Of a stretch of 64,000 nt of DNA, positions 25,777 to 36,039 are shown piece by piece. This DNA is from an uncultured Gemmatimonadales bacterium (lineage in GTDB: Bacteria; Gemmatimonadota; Gemmatimonadetes; Gemmatimonadales; GWC2-71-9). How positions within the stretch are numbered: the first letter of the stretch is position 1; each line of letters begins with the position of its first letter. The translations under genes were made by a program, and so were the position numbers. The stretch is from contig CAVZZO010000003.1 of the NCBI GenBank assembly GCA_963779755.1, positions 1,088,001 through 1,152,000 of the forward strand. The letters are read 5' to 3'. Below the pieces are notes generated by a model that saw only the letters and a program-made list of their open reading frames with translations, was not told the DNA's origin and searched no databases.

Positions 25777-27750
25777 ATGTGCGGCATAGCCGGCATCGTG
25801 CGGTTCGACGGCTCCCCCGTGGAGCCGGCGGTCCTGGGCGACATGCTCGAGGTCCTGGCCCATCGCGGCCCCGACGACGAGGGCATGGTGACGGAAGGGC
25901 CGGTGACGCTGGGGATGAAGCGGCTCTCCATCATCGACCTGGCCGGCGGCCATCAGCCGATGCGGGCCGGCCCCGCCACGCTGGTCTACAACGGCGAGCT
26001 GTACAACTACCTCGAACTCCGGAGCGAGCTGGAACAGCGCGGGCACCGCTTCGAAACCCGCTCCGATACCGAGGTGATCCTGCGGGCGTACCTGGAATGG
26101 GGACCGGACTCCGTCTCGCGGCTGAACGGCATGTTCGCCTTCCTGCTGCACGACCGCGCCGCGGGCCGCCTCATCGCCGTGCGCGACCGCTTCGGCATCA
26201 AGCCGCTGTATCTCACCCGCGATTCCCGCGGGCTCTACTTCGCCTCCGAGATCAAGGCGCTGTTCGAGGTGCCCGGCGTGCGGCCGGAGCCGGACTGGGA
26301 CGCGGTGCGCGAGTATCTCACCTTCCAGTACGTGCTGGGCTGGAGCACGCTCTTCCGCGGGGTGGAGAAGCTGCCGCCGGCGCACTACCTGGTGGTGGAT
26401 ACCCGGACCGGCGCCAGCCGGGCGGTGCGCTACTGGGATCCCGCGTTCGAGGTGGACAGCCTGCACAGCGCGGAATTCTTCGCGTCCCGCGTGCGCCACC
26501 TGCTGGAAGACGCCGTGCACCTCCAGCTTCGCAGCGACGTGCCGGTGGGGACCTACCTCAGCGGCGGCATGGACTCGAGCCTGGTGACGGCCCTGGCGAG
26601 CCGGTCGGCAAGCGGGCTGCAGTCGTTTGTGGGTCGTTTCGGCGAGGGTCCCGAATTCGACGAGAGCCCCTACGCGCGGCTGCTGGCGCAGGCCTGCGGG
26701 GTGACGCTGCACGAGACGGTCGCCACCCGCGAGGAGTTCTTCGAGCTCATGCCCCGGCTCATCTGGCACATGGACGAGCCGGCCGCGGGGCCGGGCATCT
26801 ACCCCCAGTATCTGGTCTCCCGCCGGGCGTCGCAATCGGTGAAGGTGATGCTGGGCGGCCAGGGGGGCGATGAAATCTTCGGCGGGTACGCCCGCTACGT
26901 CGTGGCCTACCTGGAGCAGGCCCTGAAGGGCGCCATCTACGAAACCAACGAGGAGGGGAAGCATATCGTCTCCCTCGACTCCATCGTCCCCAACCTGCCG
27001 GCACTCCGGGCCTACACGCCCATGATGCAGCAGTTCTGGCGGCAGGGCATGTTCGAGCCGATGGACCGCCGCTACTTCCATCTGGTGGACCGGATCGCCG
27101 GCGCCGTCAGCCTCTTTACGCCCGAGTTCCGGGACCGCTACGACCGCGAGCGGATCTTCCAGCGCTTTGCCCGGATCTTCAACCGGCCGGACACGAAGTC
27201 CTACTACAACAAGATGACGGCCTTCGACCTCACCGCCGGCCTCCCCGCCCTGTTGCAGGTGGAAGACCGGGTCAGCATGGCCGTGTCGCTGGAGTCGCGC
27301 GTCCCGCTGCTCGACCACCGGCTGGTCGAGCTGGTCGCCGGCATCCCGGTGGCGTTCAAGTTCCACGGCGGCCAGATGAAACACATCCTGCGCCGCGCCA
27401 CGGCCGATCTCCTCCCACCCGCCATTCTCCAGCGCAAGGACAAGATGGGCTTCCCGGTGCCGCTCCACGTCTGGTTCCGCGCCGGCCGCGGCCGGGAATG
27501 GCTGGAGGACCTGCTGCTCTCACCCGGCGCCGCCATCCACCAGATCTTCGACCAGGGCGAGATCCGCAAGCTCATGGACTACCAGCGCGCCTACAGCCGG
27601 CGCGTCTGGGGTCTGCTCTCGCTCGAGCTCTGGTTCCGCACCTTCATCAAGCGGCCCCAGCCCGGCCCGGCGGAACGCGAGCACCGGCGCCGGGCGCGGG
27701 CCCGCTCCCGTTCCCGTACTCGCCCGGCCGATGCCGCTGACGCTGGTTGA
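25777..27750 (+). CDS. asnB: Asparagine synthase (glutamine-hydrolysing) family amidotransferase
   Basis: MCGIAG, HRGPD, NGELYN, RDRFGIKPLY, LSGGMDSS, GGDEIFGGY and KMGF. Confidence 0.92.
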   Translation: MCGIAGIVRFDGSPVEPAVLGDMLEVLAHRGPDDEGMVTEGPVTLGMKRLSIIDLAGGHQPMRAGPATLVYNGELYNYLELRSELEQRGHRFETRSDTEVILRAYLEWGPDSVSRLNGMFAFLLHDRAAGRLIAVRDRFGIKPLYLTRDSRGLYFASEIKALFEVPGVRPEPDWDAVREYLTFQYVLGWSTLFRGVEKLPPAHYLVVDTRTGASRAVRYWDPAFEVDSLHSAEFFASRVRHLLEDAVHLQLRSDVPVGTYLSGGMDSSLVTALASRSASGLQSFVGRFGEGPEFDESPYARLLAQACGVTLHETVATREEFFELMPRLIWHMDEPAAGPGIYPQYLVSRRASQSVKVMLGGQGGDEIFGGYARYVVAYLEQALKGAIYETNEEGKHIVSLDSIVPNLPALRAYTPMMQQFWRQGMFEPMDRRYFHLVDRIAGAVSLFTPEFRDRYDRERIFQRFARIFNRPDTKSYYNKMTAFDLTAGLPALLQVEDRVSMAVSLESRVPLLDHRLVELVAGIPVAFKFHGGQMKHILRRATADLLPPAILQRKDKMGFPVPLHVWFRAGRGREWLEDLLLSPGAAIHQIFDQGEIRKLMDYQRAYSRRVWGLLSLELWFRTFIKRPQPGPAEREHRRRARARSRSRTRPADAADAG

Positions 27751-29437
27751 CGGCCGCCCGGAAGGGTGGCAGGTCCGCAAGATCGGTGTAATCGGCCCCG
27801 GCATCGTCGGCATGCCCATGGCCGCCCTGCTGGCCCACGCCCGCATCCGCGAAGGCAGCGGCGACCCCGCCCGCGTCCTGGTGATGCAGCGCCCCTCGTC
27901 CACGTCGGGCTGGAAAGTGGATGCCATCAATGCCGGCCGCTCGCCCATCGGCGGCGTGGAGCCCGGCCTGGATACGGTGGTGCGCGACACCGCGGCCCAG
28001 GGGCTGCTCGCCGCCACGCACGAGGTGAACGACCTCTACGATGCCGACGTGGTCCTGGTCTGCGTGCAGACCGACCGCGACGGCCTGGCCCCGGCCTACG
28101 GCCCCCTGCTGGAGGCCCTCACCGGCCTGGCGCAGGCGCTGGCCCGCCGGCCCGCCGGGAACACGCCGCTGGTCATTATCGAATCCACCCTTGCGCCCTC
28201 CTCCATGACCACCGTGGTGCGCGAGCTGTTCGCGCGGCACGGCCTGATCGAGGGCCGCGACATCCTGCTGGGCAACAGCCCCAACCGCGTCATGCCGGGC
28301 CGGCTGGTGGAGCGGGTAACCGAATCGGACAAGATCGTCGCGGGGCTCCGCCGGGCCACGCCCGAGCTGATCGCCCGGCTCTATCGCCGCATCGTCACCC
28401 GGGGCACGCTGCTGCCGGCCAACAGCCTCACCGCCGAAGTCGTAAAGACGCTGGAGAACGCCTACCGCGACGTGCGTATCGCCTTTGCCGCCGAGGTCTG
28501 CCGCTGGTGCGACGAGCTGGACATCGACTTCCACGCCTTGCGCGAGCAGGTGAACCGGCGGGTGGCGCAGAGCGACTCGGCCAGCGGCGACCCGATGGCG
28601 GTGCCCAGCGGCGGCCTGCTGGTGCCCACGGTGGGCGTGGGCGGCCACTGCCTCCCCAAGGACGGCATCCTGCTCTGGTGGCGGGCGCTGGAGGCCGGCG
28701 TCGACACCGGCAAGAGCCTGATCCTGGAAGCGCGCCAGATCAACGACGAGTCCCCCGCGGCAACGAAATGCCTGCTGGAGCGTCTGGCCGGCCCGGTCGC
28801 GGGGAAGCGGATCGCGCTCCTCGGTACCGCCTACCGCTTCGATTCGGAGGACACCCGCAACAGCCCGGCGCTGGTCCTGGCGCGCCTGCTGCTGGAGGGC
28901 GGCGCCGACGTGGTGCTGCACGACCCCTACGTGGCCCCGCACGACCAGAACCTCCGCCGCTATCAGCTGGAGCGCCGCTTCACCCGCGATCTGCCGCGGG
29001 CGCTCGATGCGGCCGAGGCAACCGTGCTTTGCACCGCCCACCACGATTATCTCGACGCCCGGGGCGGGATCCTCGAGCGCGGCCCCGCCGTGGTGCTGGA
29101 CGGCTGCAACCTCTTCCGCCGCGACCAGCTGCCTCGGCGGACCATCTACGGCGGCATCGGCCGGGGGCGGCGCGCGCCGCCGGAGAACCTGGTGGCGTGG
29201 ACCGAGCAGGCCTTCCGCGCCGTCGAAACCGGTGTTGCCAACGAGGTGGACGGCCTCTGCCGCTGGCTGGATGAACGCTACGGCTCCGACGGCTTCGGAC
29301 GGCTCCGGTTCGACGACGTGCGCCGGATTGCCGCCACCTGCGTCACCGGCTGCCTGCTGGCGCAACCGGGGGAGGTGGACGCCCCGCCGCCCTGGGCCGG
29401 CCGCCAGAGCCGGCTGGTGAGTCGCGCGGCACCATGA
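27731..29437 (+). CDS. UDP-glucose/GDP-mannose dehydrogenase-family nucleotide-sugar dehydrogenase with a C-terminal extension
   Basis: GPGIVG, IESTL, AEVVKTLENAYRDV, GVGGHCLPKD and DTRNSP. Confidence 0.88.
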   Translation: MPLTLVDGRPEGWQVRKIGVIGPGIVGMPMAALLAHARIREGSGDPARVLVMQRPSSTSGWKVDAINAGRSPIGGVEPGLDTVVRDTAAQGLLAATHEVNDLYDADVVLVCVQTDRDGLAPAYGPLLEALTGLAQALARRPAGNTPLVIIESTLAPSSMTTVVRELFARHGLIEGRDILLGNSPNRVMPGRLVERVTESDKIVAGLRRATPELIARLYRRIVTRGTLLPANSLTAEVVKTLENAYRDVRIAFAAEVCRWCDELDIDFHALREQVNRRVAQSDSASGDPMAVPSGGLLVPTVGVGGHCLPKDGILLWWRALEAGVDTGKSLILEARQINDESPAATKCLLERLAGPVAGKRIALLGTAYRFDSEDTRNSPALVLARLLLEGGADVVLHDPYVAPHDQNLRRYQLERRFTRDLPRALDAAEATVLCTAHHDYLDARGGILERGPAVVLDGCNLFRRDQLPRRTIYGGIGRGRRAPPENLVAWTEQAFRAVETGVANEVDGLCRWLDERYGSDGFGRLRFDDVRRIAATCVTGCLLAQPGEVDAPPPWAGRQSRLVSRAAP

Positions 29438-32081
29438 TTCGCGGCAGTAGTCCTCGACCTTCTCGACCCCCTCGACCCCCTCGACCCCCTCGACCGATCG
29501 AGAAGGTCGAGATGCTCGAGAGGGTCAAGGAGGTCGAGGTGGGCCAGACGCGGCACCTCGCCTGGCTCGAAGCGCTCAAGGCCTTCGCCCTCTTCGGCAT
29601 TCTGTGGAATCACACGGTCGAGGCCTTGGGGCCCGGCCCCTGGTTTACCAATCCCACCAACCACTGGCCCGCGCTCGCGGTCCGGTTGCACACCTGGTTT
29701 CCCGGCCCCGGGAGTCCCCTGCCCCGGCTGGCGCAATTCCTCGGCTGGCTGGGCGACAGCGGCCCGGGCGTCTTCATCCTGGCCAGCGGATTCGGCCTGA
29801 CGCTCTCCGCCCTGCGGCGCGGCGGGCCGGCGGGCTCGTGGGGCGCGTTCCTGCGCCGCCGGCTGGCGCGGCTGTTCCCGCTCTATATCGCCATGCACCT
29901 GGTGGTGCTGGCCCTTGCCCTGGGCGTGCCGGGCAGTACCGCGCGGCTGGATGACCCCCGCACCCTGCTCAGCCTCGCCGGGCTGCGGTTCAGCCCCGGG
30001 CTCTTCTTCTACCTGGTGCCGGCCTGGTGGTTCGTCTGGCTCATCCTGCAGCTCTATGTCGTGTTTCCCGCCTGTTTCCGGCTGCTGCAACGCGCCGGCA
30101 TCGCCCGCTTCCTCGCCGTCACCATCGGGTTCACCCTCGCCTGCCGCGCGCTGGGACTGCTCTTCTCCGCCAATCTCTACTACTGGATGACCGGCCTGTT
30201 CTTCGGCACCCGCCTGGCGGAATTTGCGGCCGGGATGGCGCTGGCCGCCTGGCTGGTGCAGGGGAAGCGCTCGATGACCGGGCCGTTCCGCGCATCGCGG
30301 GTGCTGGCGGCCGGGCTTCCGGTATATGTCCTCGGGGTGGCGGCGTCTCTCTTCTGGTGGGGCACGCTGGTGTCGAACCTCCTGGTGACGCTGGGGCTGG
30401 CCGCGGTCTTCTATGTGGCCTGGGCCCTCGCGCGCCGCGTTCGCGGGGCCGAAAGAGTCATGGTCCAGGTGGGAGCACTCGCGTTTCCCGTCTTCCTGCT
30501 GCATCAGCCCCTGGTGGACTGGACCGGCGCGTTCGTTGCCGCGCCGCTACCCCATCTGGCGGCGGCGGCCGGCATGCTGGTGCTCTCCTTCCCCGCCGGA
30601 TGGGCGGTCGAGCGCGCCGCCCTCGCGGCGATACGCCTGCCCCGCTCCTGGCCGGCATCACGATGGGCCCGCGTTGCCATGGTCGCGGCCACCCTGGCGA
30701 TGCTGGCGCTGCTGGCGGAACCGTTCCTGGCAGCGGGCGAATGGTCCCAGCGCGCCTGGGCCCTGGGTCTGGGGCTCGGAGTGCTGGCGCTGGCCGGAGC
30801 GGAAGCGGCCAGGTCCGGGCGGGGCGGCATGAGCCGGTGGTGGACCTGGTCGGCGGGAATCGCGGCGCTGGTGCAGCTCTTCATCCTGCCGGCACCGGCC
30901 GGTCTGGCGGCGATGAGCTTCGGGCTGTTGGCCGCCGGCGGCGCAATCCTGCTGCGGCGCCTGCGCGGAGGGACGCTCCTGCCCCTGGCGGCGGGCGGCG
31001 TGTTGGCCCTAGTCGCGTGGGGCGCGGCCGAGCTGGCGCTCACCCGGCTCGCGCCGGTCGAGGCCGGGGCCTGGGGCGAGCTGCCGGCGCTCATGACACA
31101 CCCCACGCGCACCTACGGCCTGCGCCCGGACCGGGTCACGCGCCTGCGCTACAACAACTACGACTACGTCCTGCGCAGCAACAGCCGCGGGCTGCCGGGC
31201 CCCGAGATTCCACTTGCCCGTCCCGACAGCGCGACATTCAGGCTGCTGGCCGCGGGCGATGCCTTTACCATGCCCGAGGGGCTGCCGTACCAGGACGGCT
31301 ATCCCGCGCTGCTCGAGCGGCACCTCTCGCGCTGTCTGGCGCCCCGCACCGTTCAGGTGATCGACGCCGGCATCACCGGCTACGGGCCGGCCGAGTCGCT
31401 GCCGCAGATCCGCGAGCTGGCGCCGGAGTATCGCCCCGACCTGGTGCTCTATCAGTTCTTCGTCAACGAATTCGGCGAGGCAACGCTGACCCCGGCGCAG
31501 CGCCGCGAGGCGATCGGGCTGGCCCGCGGCGGCTCCCGGCGCGGATATTACTGGGGCCGCTCCCAGGTGGCGCGCCGGCTGGAACGGGCGGAGGACGCGC
31601 TCCGGGAGCGGATCACTGGCCGGGCGGCGGCCTGGCGGTACAGCCGGTCGCTGCTCGCCTATTATCGCCGCGGCGAGAATCCGCTGTACGACGAGCGCCA
31701 CCGCCGGGCGGTTGCCGGCGATCTGGCGGCCATGCGGGCCGCCGCGGAGAAGAGCGGCGCGGCGTTTGCGGTCGTGTTTGTTCCCGGCGCGGTGGCGGTG
31801 GCGCCGCCCGGATCGCTGGCGTACTTCCCGCGGGGGAAACTCTGACCGACAGCTCGCGGTACGACCTGTCCCGTCCCTGGCACGCGTTGCGGGCCATCAC
31901 CGACTCGCTGGGCATTCCGGTGCTGGACCTGACTCCGGCGCTCAGGGCCGGCGCCCTGACCTACAGTACCGCTGCCTGGCACTGGAACCGCCGGGGCCAT
32001 CGCGTGGCCGAGCGGGCCATCAGTAACTGGCTGGCGGCGCGGGGGCTGCTGCCGGGCCGCTGCGCGGGGGATGCGGAGTGA
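29434..32081 (+). CDS. Acyltransferase-3 fused to an SGNH/AlgJ-like domain; one frameshift at about 31835 (true start may be 29512 or 29539)
   Basis: WLEALKAFA..NH, VFILASGFG, RRLARLFP and WFV; then GDAFT, AGITGYG; C-terminal WHWNRRGH lies in another frame after a G5 run. Confidence 0.78.
29452..29540. repeat. Inverted 9-mer arrays (CCTCGACCC / GAGGTCGAG-like)
   Basis: About five cctcgaccc units followed by about five complementary degenerate units. Confidence 0.85.
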
Positions 32082-33595
32082 GCCGTCTGCGGCAGGAGGG
32101 AGCGTGGCTGGCGCTGCTGCTGGCGGTGGCGCTGGCGGTGGCGGGGCGGCCGGTGCCGAGCGGGAACGAACTGCTGTATCTGCTGGCGCCCTACCGCCTG
32201 ACCCATCCCGCCTTCCTGGCCGGCGACTGGACCTACGCCGTGCCCTGGAACGAGCACCTGGTCTTCAACTGGACCGTCGGCGCGCTGATGCTCGCCATCC
32301 CTCCGGTGGTGATGGGCTGGCTGGGCCGGCTGGTCTGCTGGACGCTGATCCTGGCCGGATTGCTCCAGCTGGGGCGGCGGTTCGGCCTCACGCCGGCGCT
32401 ATCGGCGCTGGGGATTGCCATCTGGCTGGGCGCCGGCCAGGCGCTGGTGGGCGGCGAGTGGATGATCGGCGGCTTCGAGGCCAAGGTAGTGGCCTACGTG
32501 CTGTTGGTCTTCGCGCTGAACCGGCTGCTGGAGGGGCGGGAGAAATCGGGCGGCATCCTGCTGGGCCTCAGCTTCACCCTGCATCCGGCCGTCGGCATGC
32601 AGGGGGCAATCGCAGCCGCCGTGGGGCTGCTCTTCCTGCGCTGGCCCCCGGCGCGTCTGGCCCGGACGGGGGTCTGGGCCACCGTCTTCGCCCTCCCGGG
32701 AATCGTCACCGCGCTCATGCTGGTGACCGGCCAACCGACCGGTGCGGCCGAATGGCGGCTGGTCGTCCTCGGGCGGATGCCCTGGCATGTCGACCCCTGG
32801 ACCTTCCCGTATCACCTGTTGACGCTGCTGGCCCTGATGCTGCTGTTCAACCTCCTCTGGTTCCGGCTGCGGCGTGAAGACCAGGCGTCCCGGTTCTTCG
32901 CCGGGTTCCAGCTGGCGCTCCTGGGATTCTTCCTGCTGGGAATTGCCTTCCGGGCGCTGGGGTGGTTCCCCGGCATGGAACTGACGCCCTTCCGGCTGCT
33001 GCCGCTCTTCGTGCCGCTGCTCTTCTGGTGGCAGTTGGCCGCCGCCTGGCGGGAAGGCGAGTTGCGCCGGCCCCTGCTGGCGGCGGCGGCCCTGCTGGCG
33101 CTGACCGGCCATGCGGGCGTCATCCGTGCGACGGGCTCCCGGCTGCTCCAGACGGTCCGGTTCTGGCAGGAAACCGACCCGGTGGACCCGGCGCTGCGCT
33201 GGATCGCGGCGCACACACCGCCCGGCGCGGTGGTTCTGGCCCCGCCCGGCATTCGGCAATCCTTCTGGCTGATGCGGCGCGGCCAGGTGGTGAGCTGGGA
33301 CGCGATCCGCTACGACCGGCTGGGAGAGTGGCGGCGGCGGCTGGAAGCGCTGGGTGCGCCGCCCCCCGCGGCAGTGACCGGGGTGATCACGCCCGACAGC
33401 ATCAACGCGGCCTTCCTGAGCCTGCCCGCGGACAGCCTGCGAGCCCTGGCGCGAAGCTATCGGACCGGCTGGTTGCTGAGCCGGCCGGGGTATCCTTTCC
33501 CCCAGGCCGCGCGATTCGGGGAATGGGTGGTGTACCAACTGCGGGAAGCGGGAAAAGGGGAAACGGGAACAGGGGAAAAGGGTACTGGACCGTGA
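32078..33595 (+). CDS. Multi-pass membrane protein (DUF6798-like, probable GT-C fold)
   Basis: About 12 TMs; GNE..Y, DW and HPAVG motifs; C-terminal WIAAHTPPGAVVL domain. Confidence 0.6.
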   Translation: MSRLRQEGAWLALLLAVALAVAGRPVPSGNELLYLLAPYRLTHPAFLAGDWTYAVPWNEHLVFNWTVGALMLAIPPVVMGWLGRLVCWTLILAGLLQLGRRFGLTPALSALGIAIWLGAGQALVGGEWMIGGFEAKVVAYVLLVFALNRLLEGREKSGGILLGLSFTLHPAVGMQGAIAAAVGLLFLRWPPARLARTGVWATVFALPGIVTALMLVTGQPTGAAEWRLVVLGRMPWHVDPWTFPYHLLTLLALMLLFNLLWFRLRREDQASRFFAGFQLALLGFFLLGIAFRALGWFPGMELTPFRLLPLFVPLLFWWQLAAAWREGELRRPLLAAAALLALTGHAGVIRATGSRLLQTVRFWQETDPVDPALRWIAAHTPPGAVVLAPPGIRQSFWLMRRGQVVSWDAIRYDRLGEWRRRLEALGAPPPAAVTGVITPDSINAAFLSLPADSLRALARSYRTGWLLSRPGYPFPQAARFGEWVVYQLREAGKGETGTGEKGTGP

Positions 33596-33633
33596 TCCGG
33601 ATCCTGTTCCCTCTTCCCTGTTCCCGCTTCCCC
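33541..33633. repeat. Inverted heptamer arrays (GCGGGAA-like / TTCCCTG-like)
   Basis: gcgggaagcgggaaaaggggaaacgggaacaggggaaaaggg ... cctgttccctcttccctgttcccgcttccc. Confidence 0.75.
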
Positions 33634-33638
33634 ACGGT

Positions 33639-33720
33639 TTACGCCAGCCGGTAACTATCCTCCGGCCGCATCAGCGCGTCGGCGAAGTATTTCGTGGCCC
33701 GGTTGAGCAGACGCCCGTGG
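33639..33720 (-). pseudogene. Orphan 3'-end remnant of the gene at 37570-38820
   Basis: Encodes LLNRATKYFADALMRPEDSYRLA*, against LLNWATKYFVDALMR...DDSYRLA* in the intact gene. Confidence 0.8.
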
Positions 33721-33963
33721 CGCCGTCCGATCACCTGCGCCTGGGGTCGGCCCAAGCATGCCAGTGGGGACGCTCCCCGGAGACGGTACCCCCATCGGGC
33801 AAAGCCGCTCCCCTGAGGCCCCCGGGCGTCAAGGCGAGTGTGGCTCTGTAGCGAAAAGCGCATAGGCCCTGCCATCCGGCATAGCAGCTTGCCGCTGCCG
33901 GAACCTGTGGCCATTGTTAACAAGCTCTCGGATGTTTCCTCGAACTCAGGTTGGGAGGCTGGA

Positions 33964-34863
33964 ATGACGGCTGTCCAGGCAACGACGCTGGCGGCAGACC
34001 TCGAGCGAGACGGTATCGTCCTGCTGCCCGATTTTGTACCGCCGGAAACCCTGCAGAGCATGCAGCGCACCTTCGGGCTGGCCCTGGAGCGCATGCGCTG
34101 GAATGATTTCCCCGGGTTCGAGAAGACCGAACCCTATCGCCACATGGTGCAGGACGTTCTCGCCCTGGAACAGGGGTTCGTGGACGTCGCGCTGCACCCG
34201 CTGGTCAAGGATGTCCTGGCGACGTACATCGGCCCCGAATTCCAGCTGGTGGAGGCCAAAGGCTGGCTCACCCGGCCCGTGCGGAAGGATTTCCACGGCT
34301 GGCACGGGGATGCGTGGTATGACCAGTCCAAGGTGGACTACATCCCCCGCGAGGTGAAGCTCGCGGTGTACCTCACCGACGTAAACAGCGGGTATTTCGA
34401 GTACGTGAAAGGCTCACAGGGCAAACAGCATCCGCGCGCGGTGCGGGACGAGGAGGTGACTCAAGCCACCCACAAGGATATCGTCCAGGCGAAGCTCCCG
34501 GCGGGGTCGGCTATTCTGTTCGATACCAGCGGGATTCATCGCCAGAGCGTTCCGGTGCTCCAGCCACGCTGGGCGGTTTTCTACAACTACCATAATCCCC
34601 GCCTGGCCCTCCAAAAAGAGGATCTGGATTACTACCGCTACCATCCCCTGCTCCTCAACGCGGCCTTCCTGGGGAATCTCTCGGACGAGGACCGGCGGAT
34701 TCTGGGATTCGGGGACAAGACCAACTATATCCCCCATTACCAGCGCAAGCCCAAACACGAAGGCCTCCAGCGATTGATCCGCGGTATGTTTGAAGGAAAG
34801 CTCTGGCTGGACCGCCAGACCTCACGCATCAACGCCCGAATGCGTAAAACCTTTCGGAGCTGA
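33964..34863 (+). CDS. Fe(II)/2-oxoglutarate dioxygenase, PhyH family
   Basis: GWHGD, VYLTDV, GSAILFD..GIH and a distal Arg; GGAGG RBS. Confidence 0.85.
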   Translation: MTAVQATTLAADLERDGIVLLPDFVPPETLQSMQRTFGLALERMRWNDFPGFEKTEPYRHMVQDVLALEQGFVDVALHPLVKDVLATYIGPEFQLVEAKGWLTRPVRKDFHGWHGDAWYDQSKVDYIPREVKLAVYLTDVNSGYFEYVKGSQGKQHPRAVRDEEVTQATHKDIVQAKLPAGSAILFDTSGIHRQSVPVLQPRWAVFYNYHNPRLALQKEDLDYYRYHPLLLNAAFLGNLSDEDRRILGFGDKTNYIPHYQRKPKHEGLQRLIRGMFEGKLWLDRQTSRINARMRKTFRS

Positions 34864-35985
34864 GGTGACGGGCAAGTCCTGCCGTTCGGCCGACTTGCGC
34901 CCGGCAGCTTCCTCACACCAGTCGAGGTTCGCCCTGACGGACCTTTCGAGGTCGAAGCGCTCCTCGACTCGCCTGCGCGCCGCGGCCTGAAGTCTGGCCC
35001 GGAGCGCCGGGTCGTCCAGCAGACGGCGTATCGCTGCGGCGAGCGCCGCCGGGTCTGCCGGAGGAACCAGGAGGCCGGTCACGCCATCCTCGATCAACTC
35101 GGGGATCCCACCGGCGTTCGTCGCGACTACAGCGCACCCGCCGGCCATGGCCTCGGCAATGGCAAACCCGAACGCTTCCTCCCAGACCGCAGGATGGATG
35201 AAGATCCCGGCCTGCCGGACGAGATCCGAAACGTCGTTCCGGAGTCCGAGGAACCGGACTTGCCCGCTGATTCCCAGGCCGGTCGCGAGCGCCCGGAGAT
35301 TGGCTTCCTCCGGACCGTCTCCCGCCAGCGCCAATTCAACTCCGGGATCGCCGAGCAACCCTACCGCGCGCACGAGATGCTCGACCCCCTTGATCCAGTG
35401 CAGGTTCGCGACGCAAAGCAGGTGCGGCGGGCCTTTGTCGTCCCGTTTTCCGGGGGTAAACCGCTCGAGGTCGACTCCGCTGTAGATCCGCCGCAGTTTT
35501 CTTCGTGGCAGCCCGTACAACCACCGATCTCTCTTCACCACGTAGTCTGAAACCCCGGCGACGCCATGCACCCGGGGCAGGGCCACCGCGCAGCGGAAGC
35601 GGTTCTTCAGTGCGCTCTTCCACGACAACTGCCCCGGAAGGGGGCCCGAATACTGGTCCAGAATCAGCACCCGGGCCGGCCAGGCCAGGGCAGCCGCATG
35701 AGTCCACCAGCGGTAGGGTTGAAAGAGCTGGAGGTGCAGCACGTCGTAGGTTCGGAGCTTTCGGACGGCCTGCCACATCGAGGCCCCGATCCCGGCGCGA
35801 TCCAGTGTGCCCCACCCGGCCCCATGGGCGTGCAACCGCTCGAGGAAGACAGGATGGATAGGAGGCTTCCCGAAGACATCCACCTCATGCCCGCGGCTTT
35901 GCCCCTCTCGAGCAAAAGCCAGGAGCCAATCCTCGAGGGAGCCGAGCTTACGAGGTGCGAGGTCTATCAGGAGCGCAATACGAAT
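34822..35985 (-). CDS. GT4 glycosyltransferase; N-terminus extends to an ATT codon at 35985
   Basis: EAFGFAIAEAMA and GGIPE; in-frame upstream IRIALLIDLAPRKLGSLE..RGHEV. Confidence 0.8.
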   Translation of the reverse strand: MRIALLIDLAPRKLGSLEDWLLAFAREGQSRGHEVDVFGKPPIHPVFLERLHAHGAGWGTLDRAGIGASMWQAVRKLRTYDVLHLQLFQPYRWWTHAAALAWPARVLILDQYSGPLPGQLSWKSALKNRFRCAVALPRVHGVAGVSDYVVKRDRWLYGLPRRKLRRIYSGVDLERFTPGKRDDKGPPHLLCVANLHWIKGVEHLVRAVGLLGDPGVELALAGDGPEEANLRALATGLGISGQVRFLGLRNDVSDLVRQAGIFIHPAVWEEAFGFAIAEAMAGGCAVVATNAGGIPELIEDGVTGLLVPPADPAALAAAIRRLLDDPALRARLQAAARRRVEERFDLERSVRANLDWCEEAAGRKSAERQDLPVTSAPKGFTHSGVDA

Positions 35986-36039
35986 GGTACGCCCTCAGCG
36001 TTCGGAGATAGCCGCTGCTCCACCAGCGGCAGCAGAGGC

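Noticed and set aside
25777..27750. Housekeeping asparagine biosynthesis role for the asnB genes
   Set aside because: Two paralogs inside glycan operons fit glycan amidotransferases better; the symbol denotes family only.
4200..29365. Long alternative-frame or antisense ORFs (e.g. 4200-6371+, 16435-18261+, 19467-21497+, 25753-27468-, 27647-29365-)
   Set aside because: They are shadows of well-supported genes in GC-rich DNA and carry no recognisable motifs.
31828..31845. Programmed -1 frameshift at GGGAAAC
   Set aside because: The heptamer is out of phase with the reading frame (CGG GGG AAA), and similar indels elsewhere point to sequencing error.
33877..33892. Sigma54 promoter for the dioxygenase (CGGCATAGCAGCTTGC)
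   Set aside because: GG-to-GC spacing is 11 rather than the required 10.
33639..34094. 151-aa ORF as a real gene
   Set aside because: Only the last 25 or so codons resemble a protein (the remnant); the rest is intergenic or antisense to the dioxygenase.
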